DNA from: Thermacetogenium sp. UBA5472
Lineage (GTDB): Bacteria; Bacillota; DSM-12270; Thermacetogeniales; Thermacetogeniaceae
Reading direction: 5' to 3'
Assembly (NCBI GenBank): GCA_002426495.1
Contig: DIQC01000089.1
Location: 28,728-92,727, forward strand
Length of the DNA: 64,000 nt
The position numbers were made by a program, and so were the translations under genes. The notes below the pieces were generated by a model. That model made no database searches. It saw only the letters and a list, made by a program, of their open reading frames with translations, and had not been told where the DNA came from. Below are positions 50,530-59,060 of the stretch, one piece after another (within the stretch, counting starts at the first letter, position 1; every line of letters starts with the position of its first letter).

Positions 50530-50957
50530 TATTGGCGATCATTCCCTATGCTCATAATAATTGTAACCGCAGTTCCGATAACTGCCAAGGCCACCCCTAT
50601 ATCAAAAATGACGGAAGTGGCAAGTTGTGTGGCTCCGAACAATGGCAAATTGATCCGCGCCACGTTGTGAGTCAGAAAGGACTTCCCTAAAACCATGGCT
50701 GCCACCCCTGTCAGAACCGCTATCAGCACTCCCACCGCCCCCAGCACCTTAAAATCAAGCATACTATTGTTGTACACTGAAGCTATATCGTAGCTGAGGA
50801 ATAAAAGCGTTAATCCTGCGGCGAAAGCCAACCCCCCGATAAAACCTCCGCCAGGATTATGATGACCGGAGAAAAATAAATTGATGGCAAAAGTGAAAAT
50901 AATTACTGATGCAACTTTGGCCACGGTACGTAAGATTACATCATTTGATTTCTTCAT
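50529..50957 (-). CDS. mnhB: Mrp/Mnh antiporter subunit B
   Basis: GHHNPGGGFIGGL, FDIGV. Confidence 0.96.
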   Translation of the reverse strand: MKKSNDVILRTVAKVASVIIFTFAINLFFSGHHNPGGGFIGGLAFAAGLTLLFLSYDIASVYNNSMLDFKVLGAVGVLIAVLTGVAAMVLGKSFLTHNVARINLPLFGATQLATSVIFDIGVALAVIGTAVTIIMSIGNDRQ

Positions 50958-53358
50958 TTTCTTTTCCTCCCGATAAGCGCAGCTTGATCAATGCATAAAC
51001 GCCCAGCCCTGCCATAAACAGCACCAGAATTTCCAGCATCGTATCAAATCCACGGAAATCAACCAGAATCGCATTGACGATATTTTTTGCCCCGATCAAT
51101 TCATAAGAATTTTCGAAATAACTTGAAATGGAGGGGAAAAGCCGGGTGCTCTGGACGGATAGGGCCATGATGGTGACGGTTGCCCCTACTCCCAGGGCAA
51201 CTAAGGCATTCGTCAACTCAAATTTCACACCTGCAAATTCTTTTTTCAGTTTGGGCAAATGGTAGAAGCAGAGCAAAAACAGTACTGTGGAGATAGTTTC
51301 CACAACCAATTGGGTAAGAGCTAAATCGGGAGCGCGAAACAAAACAAAAAACAACGATACTAAGAAACCGACTGTGCAGTTTGCCACTAAAGAAACCAAT
51401 CTTGAATTTGAAAAAAGAACGGTTAAGGCTGCCAGCAGTATGGCAACTGTCAAGACAACTTCGTAAACAGTAACTGGCGCGTCCCTGGAGAAATCAAAGG
51501 CAACACCATCAAATAGCCATAAGGAGGCACCTATGATTATGATCGTAAATGAGAAAACATAGATCAGATAATGGCGCACCGAACCGGTCATATAAGCATT
51601 GGTCAGCCACCTGGAGCCATTTTCCAGCCTTTTGAGCAGCTGGTCATAAATATTATTCAGGGTATATGCTCGGGGGTAATAGTTATAAATCTTAGACCAC
51701 TTAGGCAAATAAACATATAAGATGATTCCCAAAGCAATGACAGCGATGGTTATCCCCAAGGCCGGGGTAAATCCATGCCAAAATGCAATGTTTACATTTA
51801 ATTCACCCGCCTGGGCTAAGGCCGGCTGAATCGCCACCCAAGCCGGATGCAATAAGTACTGGGAAAGGGTATTCGGGAAAAAGAACATCAGGATCACCAA
51901 GCCGGCCAGAACGAGAGGAGCAATTAACATGCCGACAGATGCTTCACGAACTGGCCGGTCAAAATTTTCAGATTTATAGCGGCCGCAGAATGTCTTAATA
52001 ACCAGAATCAAACAATAAATAAAGGTAAACACACTGGCCAGCCAGGCTACGATTGGAAACAGGACACCTATTGATTCCATGCTAAAGATAGACATTTGCG
52101 CCGCATTTACTGCCGCCTCAAAAAACATCTCTTTACTTAAAAAACCATTAAGAGGGGGGAGTCCGGCCATAGAGAAGCTGCCGACGGCCATCAGGGTAAA
52201 AGAAACAGGCATCAGCTGCATTAGCCCCCCCAGCCTTCGAACATCACGGGTACCTGTTTCATGGTCGATGATACCCACTACCATAAACAGGCAACATTTA
52301 AAGACCGCATGATTTACCGTATGGAATATTGCCGCAAAGCTTGCTAAAGCATAAAGCGCCCCTTCATTTCCAGTCCCATAGTAGATGGCTACGGAGCCCA
52401 TACCGAGCAGGCTCATAATCAAACCCAACTGGCTGATAGTTGAATAAGCCAATAGGGCTTTGAGATCCGTTTGTCTGACAGCGTTATAAGAGCCGTACAG
52501 CAAGGTAATTAAACCGGTTACAGATATGATCCAGAACCATTCCCAGGTACCGCCGAAAATAGGAGTCAGGCGAGCCACTAAATAAATCCCGGCTTTAACC
52601 ATGGTTGCGGAATGCAGATAGGCACTGATCGGAGTCGGTGCTTCCATGGCATCTGGAAGCCAAATGCTAAATGGAAACTGGGCTGATTTGGTAAAGGCCC
52701 CGAGCAGGATTAAAGCCATGGCCGGTATAAATAAATAATGCGCTGTAATCAAATCAGCACTAGCCACCATGGCGCGAATACTGTGAGTGTCAGTCACCAT
52801 AGCCAGCATGATGAAACCGGCCAGCATGGACAATCCGCCCAGAATCGTAATAACCAGCGATTTGAGTGCGCCATAGCGGGATTTTTCACGTTCAAACCAA
52901 AAGGCAATTAATAAAAAGGAGGCAATCGTAGTTAGTTCCCAAAACGCATACAAAACAAAAATATTATCGGAGAACACTAAACCAAGCATGGAGCCCATAA
53001 ATAACAACAAATACACATAAAAGTTATTTAAGGCCTCATGCTCTTTGGATAAGTAAAAAATAGAATAAAGGGTTACCAATGCTCCGATTCCGGTAATTAT
53101 CAAGCCAAAGGTTACAGATAAGCCATCAACATAAAACACCAAATTAATATCTAAGGAAGGAATCCAAGCTAAAGTAAAAATTAAAGTATTCCCTTGAGAA
53201 ATAGCGGGAATATAAGAAAGAAGGTATAAAAATATCAATATGGGCACACCCAGAGCAAACCAACCGGTATGTATGCGATGAACGAATTGCTTGTATAATA
53301 ATGGCACAACTAAGGCTACTATAAATGGAGTGAAAATTAGAATATGTAACCAGGACAA
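50941..53358 (-). CDS. mnhA: Mrp/Mnh antiporter subunit A
   Basis: WELTT, TKSAQFPF..WLPDAMEAPTPISAYLHSATMVKAG, DLKALLAYST, FRAPDLALTQ, DFRGFDT. Confidence 0.97.
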   Translation of the reverse strand: MSWLHILIFTPFIVALVVPLLYKQFVHRIHTGWFALGVPILIFLYLLSYIPAISQGNTLIFTLAWIPSLDINLVFYVDGLSVTFGLIITGIGALVTLYSIFYLSKEHEALNNFYVYLLLFMGSMLGLVFSDNIFVLYAFWELTTIASFLLIAFWFEREKSRYGALKSLVITILGGLSMLAGFIMLAMVTDTHSIRAMVASADLITAHYLFIPAMALILLGAFTKSAQFPFSIWLPDAMEAPTPISAYLHSATMVKAGIYLVARLTPIFGGTWEWFWIISVTGLITLLYGSYNAVRQTDLKALLAYSTISQLGLIMSLLGMGSVAIYYGTGNEGALYALASFAAIFHTVNHAVFKCCLFMVVGIIDHETGTRDVRRLGGLMQLMPVSFTLMAVGSFSMAGLPPLNGFLSKEMFFEAAVNAAQMSIFSMESIGVLFPIVAWLASVFTFIYCLILVIKTFCGRYKSENFDRPVREASVGMLIAPLVLAGLVILMFFFPNTLSQYLLHPAWVAIQPALAQAGELNVNIAFWHGFTPALGITIAVIALGIILYVYLPKWSKIYNYYPRAYTLNNIYDQLLKRLENGSRWLTNAYMTGSVRHYLIYVFSFTIIIIGASLWLFDGVAFDFSRDAPVTVYEVVLTVAILLAALTVLFSNSRLVSLVANCTVGFLVSLFFVLFRAPDLALTQLVVETISTVLFLLCFYHLPKLKKEFAGVKFELTNALVALGVGATVTIMALSVQSTRLFPSISSYFENSYELIGAKNIVNAILVDFRGFDTMLEILVLFMAGLGVYALIKLRLSGGKENEEIK

Positions 53359-53542
53359 GTTATTACCTCCGAATCTTTAAACTGCTTTAATTCAATTGAT
53401 GCTTGTGGTAGCTTAAGCTATAATCATTAGACAAAGTATATTTATGATTGCAGTGCACAAGCAGTGATGAAAAATGCACCTGCCATTTGTATGCTTTCCT
53501 GAGCAATAGTTAAGCATCCTAAACTTGAGGTGAAAATTAAGA

Positions 53543-54196
53543 ATGAAACAAAAAACTCTAATGGAAGAAAGTATACTTGTCTGTGTATACTATGGTCCCA
53601 ATGGCGAACGCCTGATTCAACGTGGCTGCAATATAGCGAGGATGTTTGACTGCCCACTATATATCCTTACCATTGATTCCAAACCACTTGACGAGCTGGA
53701 TGCAGAAAAGTCAGATTACATTTCAAGATGGAAGGAACTGGCGGAAAAACATGATCTGGCCACATTCATTTATAAGGATCAGCAAGATCTTCCCGTCTCC
53801 AAAGTAATCGCCTCAGTTGCCCGAGAAAAAGGCGTTACCCAGATTATTCTGGGGCAAACAGCTCAAAGCCGCTGGGAACAGATTACCAAGGGATCTATTA
53901 TTAATGACTTGTTATGTGAAATCCCATTCGTTGATCTTCATATCATTTCAGTACCCCGCTATCTCAAAAATGAAAAAGGTCAGTTCGATAAAGGGGTACG
54001 AGCATACTTGGTTAAAGAAGGCGAATACTACCGTGTGATTTTCAGGCATACAAAAGACGTTGAATTTGAAGGTATCTTCTTCAAAGAAAATGGAACTGAC
54101 TTTAACAATGGCATATTCAAATTCATGAAAGATAAACAAACCCTGCGCATTCGGGTAGCAGACGATATGATAAAAGATTTAAGCTACTTCAAATAA
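53543..54196 (+). CDS. Stand-alone KdpD-like universal-stress (USP) domain protein
   Basis: ESILVCV...RLIQRG...A, AREKGVTQIILGQ..SRWEQ..GSII..LL resembles the USP domain of KdpD; no kinase or TM domain. Confidence 0.7.
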   Translation: MKQKTLMEESILVCVYYGPNGERLIQRGCNIARMFDCPLYILTIDSKPLDELDAEKSDYISRWKELAEKHDLATFIYKDQQDLPVSKVIASVAREKGVTQIILGQTAQSRWEQITKGSIINDLLCEIPFVDLHIISVPRYLKNEKGQFDKGVRAYLVKEGEYYRVIFRHTKDVEFEGIFFKENGTDFNNGIFKFMKDKQTLRIRVADDMIKDLSYFK

Positions 54197-54269
54197 AATA
54201 ACATATTATGAGTAATAATACAAAGGAAAGAGAAGACTCCATCCAAGACCACTTGAAAAATACTTTAAA

Positions 54270-55175
54270 CTATGTCTCTCCTCCGACACCTTTTCCGACA
54301 TCTGACTTCTTGCTTCCAACATCTATTTTTGCGCCGGTGAGTTCGCTTACCAATATGCCAGCCAGAATCAGGGCACACCCAATGATCTTCTGGGTGCTAA
54401 AAATTTCTCCTCCGTAAAAATAGCTGAACAAACCGGCAAAAACTGGTTCGGCTGTTAACAGCAGAGCGACACGTTCAGCACTAGTGAAACGCTGTGCCCA
54501 ACTTTGACCGAGGAAAGCCAGGGCTGTGGCAAAAACTGAAGTGACAACCAATGCCAAAATAACGGCGGGGGTCCAGTTGATACTGTTCCCTCCAAAACCA
54601 CCCCATGCTCCCCAGCTAAGCAAAGAGACAACCCCCATTTGGACCAGCGTAAGATCCTGGGCTTTCATAGTTTTACTCGCCTCTCTCAGGGCAAGAATCT
54701 GCAGAGCAAAGAAAACAGCGCTGCAGAGAACCAGCAGATCACCCTTGCCGGGCAGAAATGTGCCTTCAAGTGAGATAAAGCCTAATCCGGCAGCAGCTAA
54801 CCCCGCCCCTGTCAAAACTGTCCAGTTCGGTAGTTTCCTGTCTAAGAAAGCGGCTATAAACGGAACCAAAATCACATTTAGTCCTGTGATAAAGGCGGCT
54901 TTACTAGATGTCGTCCAAAGCAGACCCAGTGTTTGTAAGGCATAACCACAGAAAAGATAGATACCTGCCCTCAAGGCAGCCGGATGCCACTTAAAGCTCC
55001 CTTTCCGCAAAGGAAATAAAAGCAAAAAAGCAGCTGTAAAACGTATTGCCAGAAAAGGAAATGTATCGATATCAGCCAAAGCGCCTTGAACCAGCTGAAA
55101 TGTTGTACCCCAGGCAAATGCAATACCCAGCAGAACCAGGTCAGCCAAGTATTGCCTATCTATTTTCATTTTCAC
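54270..55175 (-). CDS. EamA/DMT-family transporter
   Basis: AWGTTF, AIRF, LQTLGL..TTSSKAAFITGL, AEPVFA; about ten TM segments. Confidence 0.92.
   Translation of the reverse strand: MKMKIDRQYLADLVLLGIAFAWGTTFQLVQGALADIDTFPFLAIRFTAAFLLLFPLRKGSFKWHPAALRAGIYLFCGYALQTLGLLWTTSSKAAFITGLNVILVPFIAAFLDRKLPNWTVLTGAGLAAAGLGFISLEGTFLPGKGDLLVLCSAVFFALQILALREASKTMKAQDLTLVQMGVVSLLSWGAWGGFGGNSINWTPAVILALVVTSVFATALAFLGQSWAQRFTSAERVALLLTAEPVFAGLFSYFYGGEIFSTQKIIGCALILAGILVSELTGAKIDVGSKKSDVGKGVGGET
54282..54323 (-). repeat. Heptamer repeat, family B, forming the EamA C-terminal tail
   Basis: Minus strand GATGTTG GAAGCAA GAAGTCA GATGTCG GAAAAGG TGTCGGA encodes DVGSKKSDVGKGVG. Confidence 0.6.
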
Positions 55176-55303
55176 GCTATCACCTAAATTATATAAAGGA
55201 TTTTTATTAAAGAGAGCGAATATTTATACTGTTCAGCATCTTTTTTTATGTTGAACATATCTATTGTATCAAAATGTATCAAAATATCTTAGGGGGTATG
55301 ATC

Positions 55304-56128
55304 GTGAAGAAAATTTTTAAGTATCTGTCAATTATGCTGTTAATTGGCCTGATCAGTGCCTGCGCATTGGGTTGCAGTAATGAAGAAGGAACACCGGAAG
55401 CGAGTGATCAGGATAATGAAGAAAAGCCTACATACATCGTAGCCTTTGAAGCCACCTTCCCACCCTTTGAATCCAAGGATGAAGAGACCGGAGAATTCGT
55501 GGGTTTTGACATTGACCTGATCAAGGCTATTGGTGAAGAAGAGGGCTTTGATGTGGAACTTATGGAAATGGGCTTTGATGGTATCGTAGCCTCTGTAAAA
55601 ACTGGCAATGTAGACCTGGGCGTTTCCGGACTGACCATCGATGAGGAACGGTTAGAGAGTGTTGATTTTTCGACACCTTACTATCATTCAGCTTTGGGCA
55701 TTGTCGTCAGAGCAGATGATGACACAATCAAAGATGTTGATAATTTAAAGGGCAAGAAAATCGCCGTCCAAATCGGAACTACAGGCGCAAAATTTGCAAG
55801 AACAATTGAGGATGCTCAAGTCACAGATTATGACCAGGTTACCGATGCATTTCTAGAATTAAAAAATGGGGGTGCTGATGCTGTGGTTAACGACCATCCA
55901 GTAAACCTCAATTACATCAAAGGACATGAAAAGGACTACAAGACAGTCGGAGATACCTTAGAAAGCGAATATTATGGGATTGCCATTAAAAAAGGCAATA
56001 CTGAGGTTCTTAATAAAATAAACAGCGGGTTAGAAAAGCTAAAAGAAAAAGGTAAATATGCAGAGCTCTACAAAGAATGGTTTGATGTAGAACCACCTGA
56101 GTATCTACCTGGTGAGGAAAACGCTTAA
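55304..56128 (+). CDS. Polar amino-acid ABC transporter substrate-binding lipoprotein (basic amino acid/glutamine family)
   Basis: Lipobox LGC, FPPFE, GFDIDL, GLTIDEER, QIGTTG; GTG start 7 nt after a GGGGG SD. Confidence 0.92.
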   Translation: MKKIFKYLSIMLLIGLISACALGCSNEEGTPEASDQDNEEKPTYIVAFEATFPPFESKDEETGEFVGFDIDLIKAIGEEEGFDVELMEMGFDGIVASVKTGNVDLGVSGLTIDEERLESVDFSTPYYHSALGIVVRADDDTIKDVDNLKGKKIAVQIGTTGAKFARTIEDAQVTDYDQVTDAFLELKNGGADAVVNDHPVNLNYIKGHEKDYKTVGDTLESEYYGIAIKKGNTEVLNKINSGLEKLKEKGKYAELYKEWFDVEPPEYLPGEENA

Positions 56129-56147
56129 ATTAAATGTCTGAAAAGTG

Positions 56148-56186
56148 GATCTGCGCCGCCTGGGCAGGCTGCGCAGATCTTTTTTT
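56148..56186 (+). terminator. Hairpin plus T-tract between the SBP and permease genes
   Basis: GATCTGCGC-N14-GCGCAGATC-TTTTTTT. Confidence 0.7.
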
Positions 56187-56238
56187 GCTAATAAGTTATC
56201 GTACCAGATAAAAGCCAGCTAAGTGAGGTGCTTGACAG

Positions 56239-56952
56239 TTGGATCTAATCATTAAATCAATGCCTTTCCTTTTAACAGGTGCTGCGCAAACACTCAAGAT
56301 CACTCTAATCGCTGTGACGCTGGGCTGTATTCTCGGCCTTTTTGGAGGAATGGGACGTCTTTCTAAAAACCGTTTTATACGCGGCCTGGCCACCTGTTAT
56401 GTCGACTTTGTGCGGGGAACTCCCCTGCTCGTTCAATTATTTATTATTTATTACGGTATGCCCCAGGTGATACAAGGTGTAAAGGGCATTCTAGAGGTAT
56501 CATTTGCTCTCGGGCCATTTTCATCAACATCTCATATTCCCCCCTTTGTTGCTGCTGTCACCGCCTGCAGCCTCAACAGTGGGGCTTATGTTTCCGAGAT
56601 CTTTAGGTCAGGGATCCAGTCCATCGAAAAGGGGCAGCGGGAGGCGGCTCTCTCTTTAGGGATGACTTCCAAACAGGCGATGCGCCATATAATTCTCCCC
56701 CAAGCCGTGCGGAGGATTATACCCCCACTGGGAAATGAATTCATTGCTATGCTCAAAGATACTTCTCTCTTGATCTGCATCGGGTACGCGGAACTCACCC
56801 GTCAGGGGCAGTTGATCATTTCATCTACCTTTAGGCCCTTTGAAATTTGGTTCGCCGTGGCCTTACTCTACCTGATTATGACATTGACCATCTCACGGCT
56901 GGTGGACGTTACAGAAAGGAGGCTCGGCGTCAATGGCACTCATCAAAGTTAG
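56239..56952 (+). CDS. Polar amino-acid ABC permease
   Basis: [23 protein letters not shown] motif EAALSLG, KDTSL. Confidence 0.95.
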   Translation: MDLIIKSMPFLLTGAAQTLKITLIAVTLGCILGLFGGMGRLSKNRFIRGLATCYVDFVRGTPLLVQLFIIYYGMPQVIQGVKGILEVSFALGPFSSTSHIPPFVAAVTACSLNSGAYVSEIFRSGIQSIEKGQREAALSLGMTSKQAMRHIILPQAVRRIIPPLGNEFIAMLKDTSLLICIGYAELTRQGQLIISSTFRPFEIWFAVALLYLIMTLTISRLVDVTERRLGVNGTHQS

Positions 56953-57664
56953 AAACCTAGAAAAGAGTTTTGGTAAGCTGGATGTACTGCGTGGAATCGA
57001 TTTGGATGTGGACGAAGGAGAGAAACTGGTGATCATTGGACCGAGCGGCTCCGGAAAGAGCACACTACTACGCTGTTTGAATCTGCTGGAAGAACCTACA
57101 GGCGGAAGTATTGAATTCGCCGGCGTCATGCTCACTGACCGTGAAACAAACCTTCCCCAGATAAGAGAGGAGATCGGGATGGTGTTCCAGAGTTTCAATC
57201 TTTTTCCCCATAAAAATGTAACAGAAAATATCTCAATGGCACCCCTGATCGTCAAGAATTATGATCGGTCCAAAGCGCAGGATATAGCTCTCGGTCTTTT
57301 GAAAAAGGTGGGTTTGAGTGATAAGGCTGATAACTACCCTGCAGAACTATCTGGGGGGCAGCAGCAGCGGGTGGCTATTGCCAGGGCACTGGCTATGCAG
57401 CCCAGAGTGATGCTGTTTGACGAACCGACATCTGCCCTGGATCCGGAGATGGTCGGTGAAGTTCTGGAGGTAATGAAGGAATTAGCCGAAGAAGGGATGA
57501 CAATGGCTGTGGTCACCCATGAGATGAAATTTGCCCAGGAGATCGGAGACCGGCTGATCTTTATGGATGAGGGGTTGATTGTAGAGGAAGGAACTCCCCA
57601 GCAAATTTTCACAGAACCCAGCAATGCCAGAACCAGGTCATTTCTGACTCGTGTGATGCAGTAA
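56933..57664 (+). CDS. Polar amino-acid ABC ATPase (GlnQ-like)
   Basis: [37 protein letters not shown]. Confidence 0.96.
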   Translation: MALIKVRNLEKSFGKLDVLRGIDLDVDEGEKLVIIGPSGSGKSTLLRCLNLLEEPTGGSIEFAGVMLTDRETNLPQIREEIGMVFQSFNLFPHKNVTENISMAPLIVKNYDRSKAQDIALGLLKKVGLSDKADNYPAELSGGQQQRVAIARALAMQPRVMLFDEPTSALDPEMVGEVLEVMKELAEEGMTMAVVTHEMKFAQEIGDRLIFMDEGLIVEEGTPQQIFTEPSNARTRSFLTRVMQ

Positions 57665-57734
57665 TAACCCGCAGATATTGCTTCTACATTTAACCGATTG
57701 ACTTTCTTACTTTCATACTGCTAAAATTTTCTTC

Positions 57735-57814
57735 AGGTGGCAAGAAGATTTCTCATTGCCACCTTTATCATCTGCCATCAGGTAGAAAACCGGCAGCGTC
57801 AGTACTGCCGGTTT
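57735..57814. terminator. Two tandem hairpins between convergent genes
   Basis: AGGTGGCAA/TTGCCACCT (57735-57764) and AAACCGGCAG/CTGCCGGTTT (57787-57814). Confidence 0.7.
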
Positions 57815-57832
57815 ATTTTAACTGTTTGGATG

Positions 57833-58171
57833 TCATTTCTCTTCCTTGTCATCTTTTGCATATGGCATAGGATCGCCTGGTGGATCGTAATAAGGTCTTT
57901 TCCTTCCATGTCCATAGCCAGAATCATAGTCTGGACCACATCCGGGATCATACCCTGAATCACAGCCGGGATCATCAGCCGGATAAGAATCACCCATATC
58001 GATCAACATACGCAGAGTTTTCATCTCTTCTCTTTCTTTCTTGATCATCATATGGATGATTTTCTTGCAGTTTTGTCCGGATACTGTTTTGGCAATGTTT
58101 TGCCATAGCTCTATTTCAGATCGGTCCATCTCGATGATACTCCGTAAATCATCCTGCCAAGTTCCAGTCAT
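57833..58171 (-). CDS. Hypothetical protein: two-helix ferritin-like N-terminus plus repetitive D/G/P/Y/C tail
   Basis: GGGGGAG SD; helical E-rich N-half; tail DPGCDSGYDPGCGPDYDSGYG. Confidence 0.7.
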   Translation of the reverse strand: MTGTWQDDLRSIIEMDRSEIELWQNIAKTVSGQNCKKIIHMMIKKEREEMKTLRMLIDMGDSYPADDPGCDSGYDPGCGPDYDSGYGHGRKRPYYDPPGDPMPYAKDDKEEK

Positions 58172-58185
58172 TTCGTCTCCCCCCT

Positions 58186-58449
58186 TTACTCTTTTTTCAG
58201 ATCTTCTTGATAAGGATAGTAATCACCACATGGCCGCTTTCTATCTGGCTCCTCCGGACAGGGCGGCGTATAATCACCACAACAACTATAAAGGGTATTC
58301 CAAAACTTCGCTCCTTGAGCCTCTTCTTTAATCATTCCTAGCAAGGCCTGGCGGACCGGAGGTGGAGCAGTTCGGGCAGCCCTTGCTAATAGCTGTATTT
58401 CTTCAAGATCGTGCTCCAGCGCTTTCTCAAAAAGATTATTATAGGTCAT
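58186..58449 (-). CDS. Hypothetical protein: two-helix ferritin-like N-terminus plus C/P/Y-rich tail
   Basis: AGGAGG SD before ATG 58449; KALEHDLEE...MIKEEAQ...; tail CCGDYTPPCP...PCGDYYPY. Confidence 0.7.
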   Translation of the reverse strand: MTYNNLFEKALEHDLEEIQLLARAARTAPPPVRQALLGMIKEEAQGAKFWNTLYSCCGDYTPPCPEEPDRKRPCGDYYPYQEDLKKE

Positions 58450-58573
58450 GTTTGGTCCTCCTTTCCACAATATTTCTATGTCAGCTTATGCCTCTCAGTG
58501 GCATATTGTTCCAAATTGTGCGCAGATTACGATCACTCTCCGTATAGCAAAAATGCCTTCCTTAAAGTATTTC

Positions 58574-58603
58574 TTGACACCAAATAGGTTGTTATAGTAA
58601 AAT
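58574..58603 (+). promoter_or_regulatory. SigA promoter ahead of the c-di-AMP riboswitch
   Basis: TTGACA-N18-TAAAAT. Confidence 0.65.
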
Positions 58604-58627
58604 ATAGTATATATTAATGCGAACCCA

Positions 58628-58814
58628 GTAACGCTGAATTCTCCGGGGGGAGAAACGGGGAAACCAATCAACGGGGTGAATCTTCGCACTCAAATTATTT
58701 TCAGATAACAATATTGAGTTGTTATCTGATATATGTGGATAGATTTGAGTGTAAAGTAGGGTTACCTTACAACCCGAATCCGACAGCTAACCTCGCAAGC
58801 GTGGGCAAGGAAGG
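58628..58814 (+). ncRNA. Cyclic di-AMP riboswitch (ydaO/yuaA class)
   Basis: Conserved blocks ACGCTGAA, CGGGGAAACC, GGGGTGAATC, GTAGGGTTAC, CCCGAATCCGACAGCTAACCTCGCAAGCGT. Confidence 0.92.
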
Positions 58815-58839
58815 CAATTGCAAAATAATTAATTATGTC

Positions 58840-58883
58840 GCTGCCCATTTATTTACTTTCCATCTGCTTTCTGGGCAGCTTTT
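58840..58883 (+). terminator. Putative riboswitch-controlled terminator
   Basis: GCTGCCCA/TGGGCAGC stem then TTTT; the 5' arm can instead pair with GTGGGCA (58801-58807) at the aptamer 3' edge. Confidence 0.5.
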
Positions 58884-59060
58884 ACTTTCCAGCGCTCCTT
58901 CCGCGCCAGTTTAAAATCGCTCCAATTTACTATATTATAAGGTTTTTATCAAATATGAAACAGACGGATCTCCTGTGAGATCCTCACCAATAAGCGCATC
59001 CTGCCAGCTTGCCGCTGCGGGAGCAACCAAACTAAATAAACGAAAGGACGGTGGAGTCAC

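Noticed and set aside
55216-55284. ARG-box-like GCGAATATTTATACT and a TGTATCAAAA direct repeat upstream of the ABC binding protein
   Set aside because: Single degenerate match in AT-rich DNA; cannot be distinguished from chance without a position weight matrix.
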